DNA of 64,000 nt from Theionarchaea archaeon (GTDB lineage Archaea > Methanobacteriota_B > Thermococci > Methanofastidiosales > SZ-28-30), in the NCBI GenBank assembly GCA_018992685.1, contig JACVGT010000031.1, positions 4,185-68,184 on the forward strand. The letters run 5' to 3'. Shown in pieces: positions 1-9,702 of this stretch. Within the stretch, counting starts at the first letter, position 1, and the number at the start of each line of letters is the position of its first letter. The position numbers and the translations under genes are program-made. The notes below the pieces were generated by a model. It was not told the origin of the DNA. It was given only the letters and a program-made list of their open reading frames with translations, and did no database searches.

Positions 1-1
1 T

Positions 2-583
2 GCCTTTCTTTCCTATGCCAGGGTCTATCCCTCTCTGACTGCGTTTGACCAGGAAAAGAAACCTGAGCTCTCTTCCGAACAGATTGAGATTATTCTGGAG
101 GACGTGGCTCCCCTGATCATTGAAGCGGGGAACAAGTGCGATCCCCCTCTGTTTCAAGACCAACCCATCGAACAGGCGAATGTCTTCTACCACCTGGGAT
201 TTGGCCTGAGTGAATCGCCTTCTCCCAGAGATTTTGGCACATCGAAGTGGTACCTCCCTCCCAGTTGCGCCAAGGTTAAGCAGAATGCACCCTCCCTGTG
301 TAAACCAGATGAGTTGTGCCTTCAGGGGATATATGCGGTGGCAGACCGCACGAGGCTGGACCAGCTCATCAGCAGCAATACAGGAGATGCGCAAAGGGTC
401 CTGCTGGCCCTCAGAAAGACCAGGAATCCTCAGAGGATTGCGGAGGCTTCAGGTGTTGATATTGGAGAAGTGAACAGGATTTTGCACAACCTGCACAAGG
501 ATGATGTTCTTGTCCTGTTACGGGTCAAGAATCCCCTGGTCTACTACGTGAGAAAGATCAGAAGGAGAAAGAGGACGAAATGA
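2..583 (+). CDS. hypothetical protein with C-terminal winged-helix-like segment (partial, 5' end outside window)
   Basis: The frame of ORF 104..583 stays open with no stop back to nt 2, so the CDS probably enters from the left edge. The C-terminal segment RVLLALRKTRNPQRIAEASGVDIGEVNRILHNLHKDDVL looks like a wHTH. Confidence 0.5.
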   Translation, partial: AFLSYARVYPSLTAFDQEKKPELSSEQIEIILEDVAPLIIEAGNKCDPPLFQDQPIEQANVFYHLGFGLSESPSPRDFGTSKWYLPPSCAKVKQNAPSLCKPDELCLQGIYAVADRTRLDQLISSNTGDAQRVLLALRKTRNPQRIAEASGVDIGEVNRILHNLHKDDVLVLLRVKNPLVYYVRKIRRRKRTK

Positions 584-1203
584 TGGTCACGGTTACCTCA
601 GGATAGGTGTGCATTGACTGTTGATTGGTGCTGGCATGGAGAGTTCGGGAAACCTTTTTAAAGCTGGAAATGACGGCCACAATCATAACACAAGAGGAGA
701 TGAAAAGCGTTGAAATCGAAATATAGGGTTCACCGATTCAAGATTAGTATGGCAGAGGATCAGAGCAGGTTGGAGCAATTCCTGAACAATCTGGAAGGCG
801 AGGTAGCAGCAATAATTCCTAATATTGCTTTGGATATCATGTGGAAACATCGTGTGAATTTTCTGTTCATTGTGGAGAAGCTGGAATGAAAGACGAAGAA
901 TAGGAGCTCCATCCCAGAAGGATCTTTCAACAGTTAATCTTTCTTGCATACCTGATACTGAAGTTCCTTTTCTGCTTTCCTGGCCTGAGATCAACCCGTC
1001 AGAAGCTCACAATGTGTCATGGCGGGAGCACGCTCGCTGATTCCTTGAGAATCTCAGCCCTGCCAACCTCCGCTCAAAGCCGTCCGAGAACTGAGTATTG
1101 AAATATTCCGAAGGTACAAAGGCTTAAATAGAGATATTTCCACTATATCATAGAACTGCAAAGAGAATTGCGTGGCAATTAGCAGGAGGTTCCCATATGG
1201 AAT

Positions 1204-1725
1204 TTGCTGGATTCGTACTGCATACGTTTTATGGTGCAGGCGTACTTCTCGGTCTTGATAGCTGGAATCGTAGTCGTAGCGAGTCTGATTGGGCTTACAC
1301 TACTTTGGTATCACTGCAAAGGAGGTGAAAAAATGACAGAAGATGAAATAGAAGCCAAAGAGGCCAATAGACGGCTCCTTGACGGCGCAGAAACCAAGGT
1401 CAGATTGGATACTGAGGCAGTACTGGTTAAACTGGATAATACGATGCGCAGGATCACTGACATACTGTTCATGGTAATTCTTGGAAGTCAGACTGAGGAA
1501 GGAAGTTCTGGCAGAGATTTCTTAAAAGAGGAAATGGTAACCCGCGTTTCAGAAATAGGAACAGAAGAACGCAGTCTTGTACAGTCCGTTGAGGATTTGG
1601 CGAAAGCCATTCTTGGACTGGCACGGAGTGTGTATGAGGAATCAAGTCCTTTGCAATCAGGAACCGAATACTATGCCGATTCTGGGAGACAGTCTAGAGG
1701 GCCGTATCAGGGAGAATGCTCATGA
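1204..1725 (+). CDS. hypothetical protein (possible N-terminal membrane anchor)
   Basis: ORF track. Hydrophobic helix YFSVLIAGIVVVASLIGLTLLWY is followed by an acidic helical tail. The start is uncertain: a strong SD GGAGGTGA (1321-1328) precedes in-frame ATG 1333 (MTEDEIEAKE...), which would drop the helix. Confidence 0.45.
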   Translation: MLDSYCIRFMVQAYFSVLIAGIVVVASLIGLTLLWYHCKGGEKMTEDEIEAKEANRRLLDGAETKVRLDTEAVLVKLDNTMRRITDILFMVILGSQTEEGSSGRDFLKEEMVTRVSEIGTEERSLVQSVEDLAKAILGLARSVYEESSPLQSGTEYYADSGRQSRGPYQGECS

Positions 1726-1860
1726 ACACAGAAACCTGCACCATGGATTGCGTCAAGCTGTTTGCACATGAGTTCATGAAAAGACACTATCCTTCACGGG
1801 TGAATCTCAAAATCTGCAAATCGACAAAAGCCATATTAGATAATACTTACAGAGACGTTT

Positions 1861-3246
1861 ATGACTCCACCCAGCAGCCATGAAGAACGAGATGCTGAAC
1901 TCATGGTTGACATTCTGGACTTTGCACGGTGTCACGGAAGGAAGATTCTGAAAGACCAGATGAAGGTCGTGGGAGGCGAGAGAATCCAGACAGTGCTGCA
2001 ACGACTTCTTATTGGCGAATATCTTGAAAGAATTGAGAAAAAGGACATTCCTGTCTTTTACACACTGACCTCAAAGGGACTAAACCTGTTCGAAGAGCGT
2101 CTGACCTCCCAGCTTTCAAAAGACTCACGACAACACGTTGCTGAAACTCTTGCCAACGCAATGGCTGAACTTGAAGCAAAGCCCTGGGAAGTGATGTTTC
2201 ACATCATTCACGTCATCGGAAAAAGCAGGGGGGCCACTACTGGGGACATCGAAGAGTACTTCCATACGTATTTGCCTGAGATAAAAGGGACATCCAGGGC
2301 AAATATCTACCGGAACATAAAGCACCTGAGGATGAAGGGGTACATTCAATATAAGAAACGGAGTCATCTTGATCAAAATCAATACAGACTGTCAAAGAAG
2401 GGGGAGGAGATCTTTTACATGACAAAAATTGATGCGACTCGGAACCTGCGCACAGCAGAAGAGTGGGACAGTACACTCAAGGAAGTGTTCAAAAGCGTGG
2501 CTGACCAGCAGAAGGAGGATGACAGCGCTCTTTTCTATGTTATGGAGCACAGCATCCCAGAAGGGTTGGACGTGTCCCAGATCGTCTGGGTACTCTACAA
2601 CCAGGGTGCCCTCTACGAACTGAAAAACAACCTGGATAAGGCTGAAGAGTCTTACGTGCGCATGGAAGGGATCTGTGAAGAACTTGAAGACACACGCGGA
2701 AGAATCTATGCACTGAAGGGACTGGGAAATGTATCGTTCAAGAAGGAAAAATACACAGTGGCTGAACAGTATTACAAGAGGTGCCAGAGAATTCTTCAGA
2801 CTTTTCAGGATACATTGCTGCTGTCTGACGTTCTGAATAACCTGGGTTCCTGCCTCTACATGAAGGATGACGTTGACGAAGCGCTGGCCCTATTCTGTGA
2901 GGCCCTCACCTTGGCTGGGAGTGACATGTCCAGGAGAGCCTCCACGCTCTACAATGAAGGGCTATGTTTTGCCCGAAAGGAAGATCTTGATGGAGCGAGA
3001 ACTGCCTGGGAGGAAAGTTTAGCCCTCTACAAAGAAATGCAGGAACCTGTAGACATGAAGAAAGTGGAATATAATATCAGGCAGATAGATAGAAAACAGA
3101 AGGGAGACTACTTGGAAAAGGCCTACAGAAGAGCCCTGGAGATGGGGACTTCGCAGGACATTGAAAGGAGCTACAGAGAACTATCCGAATTCCAGATGAA
3201 TGATCTCGTGGCATTAACTGATTCCTTACCAGAGAGTTCAACGTGA
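1861..3246 (+). CDS. double winged-helix plus TPR-repeat protein (putative regulator/scaffold)
   Basis: Two wHTH-like segments (e.g. TTGDIEEYFHTYLPEIKGTSRANIYRNIKHLRMKGYIQY) are followed by TPR-like repeats (YNQGALYELKNNLDKAEESY; LKGLGNVSFKKEKYTVAEQYY; LNNLGSCLYMKDDVDEALALF; LYNEGLCFARKEDLDGARTAW). Confidence 0.7.
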   Translation: MTPPSSHEERDAELMVDILDFARCHGRKILKDQMKVVGGERIQTVLQRLLIGEYLERIEKKDIPVFYTLTSKGLNLFEERLTSQLSKDSRQHVAETLANAMAELEAKPWEVMFHIIHVIGKSRGATTGDIEEYFHTYLPEIKGTSRANIYRNIKHLRMKGYIQYKKRSHLDQNQYRLSKKGEEIFYMTKIDATRNLRTAEEWDSTLKEVFKSVADQQKEDDSALFYVMEHSIPEGLDVSQIVWVLYNQGALYELKNNLDKAEESYVRMEGICEELEDTRGRIYALKGLGNVSFKKEKYTVAEQYYKRCQRILQTFQDTLLLSDVLNNLGSCLYMKDDVDEALALFCEALTLAGSDMSRRASTLYNEGLCFARKEDLDGARTAWEESLALYKEMQEPVDMKKVEYNIRQIDRKQKGDYLEKAYRRALEMGTSQDIERSYRELSEFQMNDLVALTDSLPESST

Positions 3247-3446
3247 CATTTTTGACAGAACGACACAGAAGCCCGGTCTTCTCCGCACTGAGGGAACTCA
3301 ACTGGGTTTGTAGAATCCTAAGAAATGAGACATTTGTCAAAAATCAGGACTAATCCAAATTTAAAATACAATATATAGACTATTTCTTGATAAATTGAGA
3401 ACTAATTATATCTATGCATTTAGATCCAAGTGTGAGGTGACTGAAA

Positions 3447-3542
3447 ATGTACACTATGGGCGTATTTGGTTTGCCACTTGTCCTTGGGGGAGTGACCCCT
3501 TCTGGGGGAAAACCGGGAGATGACCCTGGCAGTCCTTGCTAA
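3447..3542 (+). CDS. candidate small ORF (31 aa, MYTMGVFGLPLVLGGVTPSGGKPGDDPGSPC)
   Basis: ATG is preceded by SD GAGGTGA at 7-nt spacing, with an AT-rich stretch 3350-3420 upstream and an oligo-T run 3565-3588 downstream. It is below the ORF-track size cutoff and has no recognisable family. Confidence 0.25.
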   Translation: MYTMGVFGLPLVLGGVTPSGGKPGDDPGSPC

Positions 3543-3570
3543 GGCAGGCACAAAGCAGAGTTACTACTTT

Positions 3571-4647
3571 CTATTTTTCTTTTTTTTCAATGAGTGTCTT
3601 GATCTGTTCCTTATAGTGTGCAAAGGGGAATATCCACCGCTGCGTCTCAATGTCGAAATGTTCATCGTTAAAAGATTTCTTCATGGGATCGTGGACAGAT
3701 TTCAACTGGAGACATCGAACCTGTACTTGTGGAGACAGACCTCCAAGCGTGTTCATCAATTCAGGCCCCACCTGGGGGCTTGTCACGCACCACACAAAGC
3801 CCATGTCCCTGCACATGGTATATGCCTTATACAGCCGACAATCCTGGCCAAAGTTCACCAGGAATTTAACAACATCTTCTGGATCACCCTCAACCAGTAG
3901 CAAGAACCCATAACTCTCTATCCAGGGAAATGGAGAGATATTAAAGTGTTTCCTCTCGGCAATTCCAGCACTGCAGATCTTCTCAATACTGTACTTGATC
4001 TGGCTGCGCCTCCAGAACCGTCCGTACACTCTCTTTTCTATTCGCTGGATTTCGCTGATATTGCATGTTTTCACCTGCAAGTACTGCATCACCTGCAGGT
4101 CAATGAACCTCCACCACGTATCAGACGTTCTTTCGGGGTATGCCAGGTCAATGGCCACCTCATCGAAGACATGTGAAACTGGTGGGATTATTTCACCAAA
4201 GAAGTCGGGATTCTGGACAAACCACCTGTTCTGGGAAGAATGTACCTCATATGTTATGAACCCTGCGTGTTGTATGATGGAAAGAAGCCTTGTGAGGTAG
4301 GCATAGTAATTCGACCTGAACACAACAAAGAAGGTATCCCCCTGCATGGTGGGAAAGATCCACTCCCAGCAATCAATCGATGTGATCAGTTCAAAGGCTG
4401 AATCATACTCTCTGGGATCGAACCGGATCTCAGTCAGTATATTGTGGACGCGATTCTCACCTACCGCATTTAGGTTGATGTGGTAGAATGGTCCTCTGAT
4501 ATACCCTGCCTTTCTCAGGCTGGCTATCTTACTGCTCACTGTGCTGATCCGCCTGTAGTGCAGGGAGTGCTGCAGTCTCGACTTAGAAAGTGAACAATCC
4601 TTTCCAAGTAATGTGAGGAGGTTCTTTTCAGGGTCATTCAAGGTCAC
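3571..4647 (-). CDS. two-HTH putative transcriptional regulator (distant paralog of 55462..56430)
   Basis: GTG start with GGAGGG SD. It has an N-terminal wHTH (LSKSRLQHSLHYRRISTVSSKIASLRKAGYI), a second HTH-like segment mid-protein, and two alpha/beta segments. The layout and several local motifs match 55462..56430 in a by-eye alignment. Confidence 0.6.
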   Translation of the reverse strand: MTLNDPEKNLLTLLGKDCSLSKSRLQHSLHYRRISTVSSKIASLRKAGYIRGPFYHINLNAVGENRVHNILTEIRFDPREYDSAFELITSIDCWEWIFPTMQGDTFFVVFRSNYYAYLTRLLSIIQHAGFITYEVHSSQNRWFVQNPDFFGEIIPPVSHVFDEVAIDLAYPERTSDTWWRFIDLQVMQYLQVKTCNISEIQRIEKRVYGRFWRRSQIKYSIEKICSAGIAERKHFNISPFPWIESYGFLLLVEGDPEDVVKFLVNFGQDCRLYKAYTMCRDMGFVWCVTSPQVGPELMNTLGGLSPQVQVRCLQLKSVHDPMKKSFNDEHFDIETQRWIFPFAHYKEQIKTLIEKKEK

Positions 4648-4694
4648 ACGAGACCCTCCATGGGGAGTCTTCTTTTGCTACCTTTCCAAGACAT

Positions 4695-4706
4695 ATAACC
4701 GGTTAT
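4695..4706. promoter_or_regulatory. perfect 12-bp palindrome ATAACCGGTTAT (candidate operator)
   Basis: It lies 2 nt downstream of a minus-strand TATA-like box (TTTATATC, plus coordinates about 4709-4716) upstream of the regulator gene starting at 4647. Confidence 0.4.
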
Positions 4707-5172
4707 TAGATATAAAGGTATTCGGTCCACATTGCATGGCTCTTCACTGAGGCCGGAACACGGATATGATCTGAGAGGAGCATTCCGGAAATGCAGACCT
4801 GACAGGTGATACTACACGGGATTCGTGGATTCATACCGTGCAAGAGGAATCTGTGAGATTTATGAGAGTTAGTTTTTACCTAGATGTGAGGAGTGTAGGC
4901 CTGCATGTGTGGGATCGTTGATGTACCCACATTGGCAAATCCTGTCACCTCGGAACCTAGATACAGCTTCCTTGGAAAAAAAATGGAAAGGGGAGTAAGG
5001 AGGAAAAACATCTCACCTTTCCTGTTCCTCTATGGTGTTAGTTATATATAAACTTTTCGCTGTAAAAACTTAGGAAAGTCGAATTCCCAATAATCCGCAC
5101 GTGTTGTGTGGGCAGCAGATCTATCTTTCTGCAGTCCACAAGGCTTTTTAAGGTCACCTCAGAGGTGGGTTC

Positions 5173-6369
5173 ATGAATCATAAGTCGGTCCTGGTATTCA
5201 CATCACTCGCTCACTCACTTGATCATTCGTATGTGATCGTGTTTTCCATATTAATGCCATTGATAATGGCGGAATTTGACATGAGTTTCGCGGAAATCGG
5301 GGTCATTGCTTCTGTCCTTGGGTTTCTGTTCGGACTCAATGCCATTCCTGCGGGATTTCTTTCAGATCGAATTGGTTCGAGGAAGGTGGCGGCTCTGTCC
5401 ATGGTACTGTGTGCTGCAGCTGCAGTCCTGGTAGGGCTTGCCTGGAATAAGACTGTTCTTGCTCTGTTCTTTGTGGTTATGGGTGTTGGCGCGGGACTGT
5501 ATCACCCTTCGGGGATATCACTGGTTTCTAAAGCATTTGAGACACACCGCTCCAAAGCCATGGGTATCCATGGAATCGGAGGAAATATCGGACAGGCCAT
5601 AACCCCAATCCTTACAGGATTTCTGGCCTCTCCAGAGATGGTGGCTGTCCTGGGTATTTCTCTGGTTGGTCTGGGGATAGGATGGAGGACCACCTACATG
5701 TTGTGGGCTATCCCGGGGGTTCTGGTGGCTGCAAGTATTATCTTCTTTGTGAAGTTTAAGGAAGAACCTGTCCGGAAGGATTCCATTGGCAACATGTTGA
5801 AAGATATGGCAAAGATACCCTTTGAAAACAGGAATATTGGTGTACTCCTGGTGCTGACATCATTTCAGGGATTATATTTTAATGGGTTGATGTACTTTTT
5901 GCCCACGATAATAAACGAGGTCAAGTTTGCCCCCCTGATTGTGGCAGCATCCTTGATTACATTGAAAGAGGCCACAGGTATCTTGGGACAGGCAGCAGGG
6001 GGATGGGCAGGAGACAAGTACAACAAGAGACCCCTCCTTATTGTGTTTAATATGGTTTCAGCAGGTGCTTTGCTGTGGTTCTTTTTCGCTAGGAGTCCAC
6101 TGCTCCTTGCGGGCTCTATTGCCCTTCTGGGGATTTCTGTGTATGCATTCCAGCCAGTCCAGAATTCATTGATTGCAGAGAGTATACCGATGGAGTTGAG
6201 AGGGAGGGCTTATGGGTTGAGCTTCTTTACCAGTTATGGTATTGGTGGGCTGGCTCCTTTGTTCTCGGGTGCTGTTGCAGAAAGCTTTTCTCTGTCTGCT
6301 GTGATCCCCTTGATGATCGTATTTGCAGTCCTCGCTACGGTGGTGGCTACCCAGATTCGGAAATCGTGA
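5173..6369 (+). CDS. MFS transporter
   Basis: 398 aa with about 12 hydrophobic helices. MFS loop motif GFLSDRIGSRK lies between TM2 and TM3. Confidence 0.85.
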   Translation: MNHKSVLVFTSLAHSLDHSYVIVFSILMPLIMAEFDMSFAEIGVIASVLGFLFGLNAIPAGFLSDRIGSRKVAALSMVLCAAAAVLVGLAWNKTVLALFFVVMGVGAGLYHPSGISLVSKAFETHRSKAMGIHGIGGNIGQAITPILTGFLASPEMVAVLGISLVGLGIGWRTTYMLWAIPGVLVAASIIFFVKFKEEPVRKDSIGNMLKDMAKIPFENRNIGVLLVLTSFQGLYFNGLMYFLPTIINEVKFAPLIVAASLITLKEATGILGQAAGGWAGDKYNKRPLLIVFNMVSAGALLWFFFARSPLLLAGSIALLGISVYAFQPVQNSLIAESIPMELRGRAYGLSFFTSYGIGGLAPLFSGAVAESFSLSAVIPLMIVFAVLATVVATQIRKS

Positions 6370-6465
6370 TAGGGACTCTTGCATTCTCGGGACTCAGGTA
6401 CTGGAGATGATGAATCCTCATCTGATTTTCTGGATATGGTCTCTGACGATTGTCTGAGCACTTCA

Positions 6466-6906
6466 TCATTTCCCTGCATGCTTTTGCAGCTCTGAAAAGG
6501 CTATCTCGCACGCTTTCTCAAACCATTGTCTTGCCTCTTCCCATTCAGGTGTGTTTTTCCATCCTGTGTGTATCAAGTGAACCTCAGTTCCCTTTTCACA
6601 GGGAATAAAGGACACCATAACATGAGTGAGAGGTATTACCTCGTTCATAAACTGGTGTTGAGGAGGCCCTTTCCACTCGAATGATATTAGTTTCCCTGGG
6701 TTCAATGCTAGCACTTTACACCCTATCGTACTGTTGTGTTCTCTGTCCTCTGGGACCCAGAACAGTTCATATTTTCCGCCCACTCTTGGTTCTACGTCTG
6801 CCACATTTGTGAGCCACTTCTCTAGGTGCTCATTTTCTGTGAACATTTTGAATGCGTTCTCGGGAGTATCTCCCAGTTCCACTGACTGATATATTATCTT
6901 ATCCAT
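6466..6906 (-). CDS. SRPBCC/AHSA1 (START-like) domain protein
   Basis: MDKIIYQSVELGDTPENAFKMFT...GGKYELFW...ISFEWKG is typical of the Aha1/BPI-like SRPBCC fold. I prefer ATG 6906, which has a GGAGGG SD, over the longer track ORF. Confidence 0.7.
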   Translation of the reverse strand: MDKIIYQSVELGDTPENAFKMFTENEHLEKWLTNVADVEPRVGGKYELFWVPEDREHNSTIGCKVLALNPGKLISFEWKGPPQHQFMNEVIPLTHVMVSFIPCEKGTEVHLIHTGWKNTPEWEEARQWFEKACEIAFSELQKHAGK

Positions 6907-7413
6907 AATGTTCCCTCCACTCCTGCATGGATAGGGGCTATATAACGTTTGCGGAAGGAAATTCAACAGAACTTTCAAGGGTTTTTATTCTATTTCAATT
7001 TTCAATCATTTCTTTACAAAAGGTGACTTCCTATTCGTTTCACACATCATGAAAACCCCTCCAGGAGTTTAGAACCCTCTCAATACAAAATATAGATTTC
7101 TCCATAAAGGATCAAACCGAATAACAGGAAGTCTGCCTTTCTGCATGGCCCATTCATTGGGAATACCAATCTCAGGAGGATATCTGTATTCAATGCAGGA
7201 ACTACGCACGAAAATCACGATCTTGGCTGTAAAAAGGTGGAAGAAAATGGGGCATAGAAGCAAAAACACGGATACACCAGATGAAGGGGAGACTTCCATC
7301 CATCCAATGGATCCTTTCTAATTGTGTTCACTGCTTTGTAGTTATCTAATCACTCGCCAGTTATGATGGTCTGCCTAGTTTCAGCAAAGGATGAGGAGTA
7401 GCCGAAAGAGATT

Positions 7414-8001
7414 CTAGGGGTTCTTTTTCATTTCATAGAGTAGCCACACAGTGCCTCCTATTGCCAAAGGTATTCCGAATATGATTATAACCCAACCTAA
7501 TACTTTGACACAAGAGTACACAAGATAGTCAAATGTCCAAGCTGCAAAAGGGACATTCCAGTTTCCATCAAGGTAGATCTTGATGATGAACGCAATAAAG
7601 ATCAAAAACGATATTCCTCCTCCTTCGTTTCTGCTGCGTGAGCGAGTACCGGAGAAAAGATGTTCGCGCTTATATTCCTCCTTCTCCTCATGAGGGAATC
7701 TTTCCCACCATAGCCGCCAAACTGCTAGTGCCACTACCAGTACCGGGACTCCGATGAAGAGAACTTCCCAGAAAATCACGCGTAATACAAACGCTACGAG
7801 ATGTCCCATAGTCCAAAGGTCTAAAGTCGCTGGCACCAGACCAGTCACCTGAGCTTTTTCCACGAACCACAAATAGACAAGAATTGCACCTATAAATGCC
7901 AGAATAACTCCTACGACAAGGAAGACAATCGCTTTCCAATGCTTTTTCAAGAACTTCTTCCAGATCTTCTCACTATTGTCTGACCCAGTTTCTATTGTCA
8001 T
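7414..8001 (-). CDS. hypothetical integral membrane protein
   Basis: 4-5 hydrophobic helices. A TATA-like TTTTATAG lies about 25-30 nt upstream of the ATG. No family recognised. Confidence 0.55.
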   Translation of the reverse strand: MTIETGSDNSEKIWKKFLKKHWKAIVFLVVGVILAFIGAILVYLWFVEKAQVTGLVPATLDLWTMGHLVAFVLRVIFWEVLFIGVPVLVVALAVWRLWWERFPHEEKEEYKREHLFSGTRSRSRNEGGGISFLIFIAFIIKIYLDGNWNVPFAAWTFDYLVYSCVKVLGWVIIIFGIPLAIGGTVWLLYEMKKNP

Positions 8002-8343
8002 ACATTTCTTCTTCCTTCTTTCTATAAAAGTCTTTCGGGTATTACATTATTTTTTGTACTGCATCGACAATACAGATAGAGATAAGAAGAGAGATAGACA
8101 AGGAGAGGGATAGATCCGTAGAGACGTGACAGGAACCTCAGCATACCTGGTGAGCGATTCTGGACTACCCCAAGAGAGCTCATCCTGGATAGAGAAGTTC
8201 TTGGTCATGGGGTCCCTTCCAACACTCATCAAGTAACGCTTATATAGGAAGTCGTACAGTAAGCCATGAGGAATGATCATGAGTAGCCAAATGATGTGGA
8301 TACATGACAGACAGGAAGCAGCAGGCAATCAGGTGGTGTAGCT

Positions 8344-9273
8344 GTGTCTCCATTTCTGATTCTCGGGCTGCTGATTCTTCTAGTAGGGGTTGCGTATGGT
8401 GGAGTGTGTTTTCTCTTTTCCAGTCTCATCCTATACTCGCATCGTCAACCAATTGTTACCACACCACATGCATATGGAATGGACTACGAAGATGTTGCAT
8501 TCAAGAGTACGGATGGTCTCACTTTGAAAGGATGGTTCATACCAGGAGAGTCTGGCAAAGCTATCATCATAACCCACCCGTTCCCCTTTAATCGCCATGG
8601 GTTTTTGACGAAAAACCAAGGGGTTTTAACCCGATTTAAGACAGATGTTGATCTTTTGAAGACCGCCAAGGCGATGCATCAGGCGGGTTTCTCTGTTCTG
8701 ATGTTTGATTTCAGAAATCACGGCGAAAGTGACAAGGGAATAACTGGAGTGGGATTGAATGAATACCAGGATGTAGTGGGTGCAGTTACATATGTTACAG
8801 GCAGACAGGACGTATCACCCAACATTGGATTTGTCAGCTTTTGCATGGGAGCCGATTCCACCATCATTGCACTGAGTAAAGAAAAGGAGCAGTTGAAAAA
8901 TGTAAAGTGCCTTGTCGCTGTACAGCCAATATCAGTGGCTGTATTTGTACGGAACTACATCAGGAGCGTGTTTACTCCCCTTGGGCTGATCCTGATCCCC
9001 ATGGTTGACAGACTGTGTCAGTGGCGTGGTGGTTATGCTTTTGAGAAGATGTCCCCCCTGCCGTACTGCAAAGATATCTTTGCTCCCACCCTGTACATTC
9101 AGGCCAGGACAGATCCCTGGACTGAATTATCAGACATACAGGGGTTCTATGAAGCTACTCCAGAACCCAAAGAATTCTGGATGATAGAAGGTGCCATGAA
9201 AAGATTTGACACGTACAATTACGTGGGCGAACACCCGGAGAAGATACTTGATTTTATCAGCCGCTACCTGTAG
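8344..9273 (+). CDS. alpha/beta hydrolase with N-terminal membrane anchor
   Basis: GTG start after SD AGGTGGTG. A TM helix is followed by a hydrolase fold (ITHPFPFNRHG, FDFRNHGESD). The nucleophile elbow reads SFCMG, i.e. Cys rather than Ser, as in dienelactone hydrolases. Confidence 0.7.
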   Translation: MSPFLILGLLILLVGVAYGGVCFLFSSLILYSHRQPIVTTPHAYGMDYEDVAFKSTDGLTLKGWFIPGESGKAIIITHPFPFNRHGFLTKNQGVLTRFKTDVDLLKTAKAMHQAGFSVLMFDFRNHGESDKGITGVGLNEYQDVVGAVTYVTGRQDVSPNIGFVSFCMGADSTIIALSKEKEQLKNVKCLVAVQPISVAVFVRNYIRSVFTPLGLILIPMVDRLCQWRGGYAFEKMSPLPYCKDIFAPTLYIQARTDPWTELSDIQGFYEATPEPKEFWMIEGAMKRFDTYNYVGEHPEKILDFISRYL

Positions 9274-9674
9274 TATCTGGAGGGGAGGCAGAAGTGTGTA
9301 TGCTTCAATTCACCTGAGCTAGTCCAGTCTTTGACGATTCTCATAATACCGGGTATACTCAAGAATGTCTCAGAGAAAAGTGGGGAAAATATCATCTCCT
9401 CCTGAAAGGAGATGAGTGAGAATTTGACCCAGAAGATGAGATGAAAGGAGCCATCATCAGAAGAACCATTATACCAGAGCAACATAATCGAAAGTTCATG
9501 CAGTACTTACCGAGAAATACTGCAGTGAAGCCAAGAAACCGGGGAGGCCTGTTGCTGAAACCAGGATTTGACCCTTCTTTTCGTCCTGTGCTCTCAAGAC
9601 GGGAGACTACTGAATGTCAAAAGTCAACCCCAGAGCACTTTCTCGTGCCTTTACATATGTTAATACCTATAACC

Positions 9675-9682
9675 TTTTAAAT
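9675..9682 (+). promoter_or_regulatory. TATA-like box (TTTTAAAT) for the thiolase gene
   Basis: It lies 28 nt upstream of ATG 9703, which implies a leaderless or near-leaderless mRNA. Confidence 0.45.
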
Positions 9683-9702
9683 GGAATGTGAAACTGAATA
9701 TC

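Noticed and set aside
683-994. Minus-strand ORF 683..994 and an antisense plus-strand 46-aa ORF 749..889 (MAEDQSRLEQFLNNLEGEVAAIIPNIALDIMWKHRVNFLFIVEKLE)
   Set aside because: The 103-aa ORF has implausible composition. The 46-aa plus-strand ORF looks helical and more protein-like, but it has no SD or well-placed TATA. I cannot support either as a gene.
5145-5169. A TATA-like TTTTTAAG 28 nt upstream of the MFS ATG, considered as a leaderless promoter
   Set aside because: It is ambiguous. An SD-like GAGGTG also sits 5 nt upstream of the ATG, and a second TATA-like box lies at about 5041-5053. I did not call a promoter here.
7069-7322. Overlapping antisense small ORFs (7069..7299 minus, 76 aa; about 7146..7322 plus, 58 aa) in the 500-bp gap upstream of the SRPBCC gene
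   Set aside because: Neither has clear translation signals or a recognisable family, and they exclude each other. This is left unresolved.
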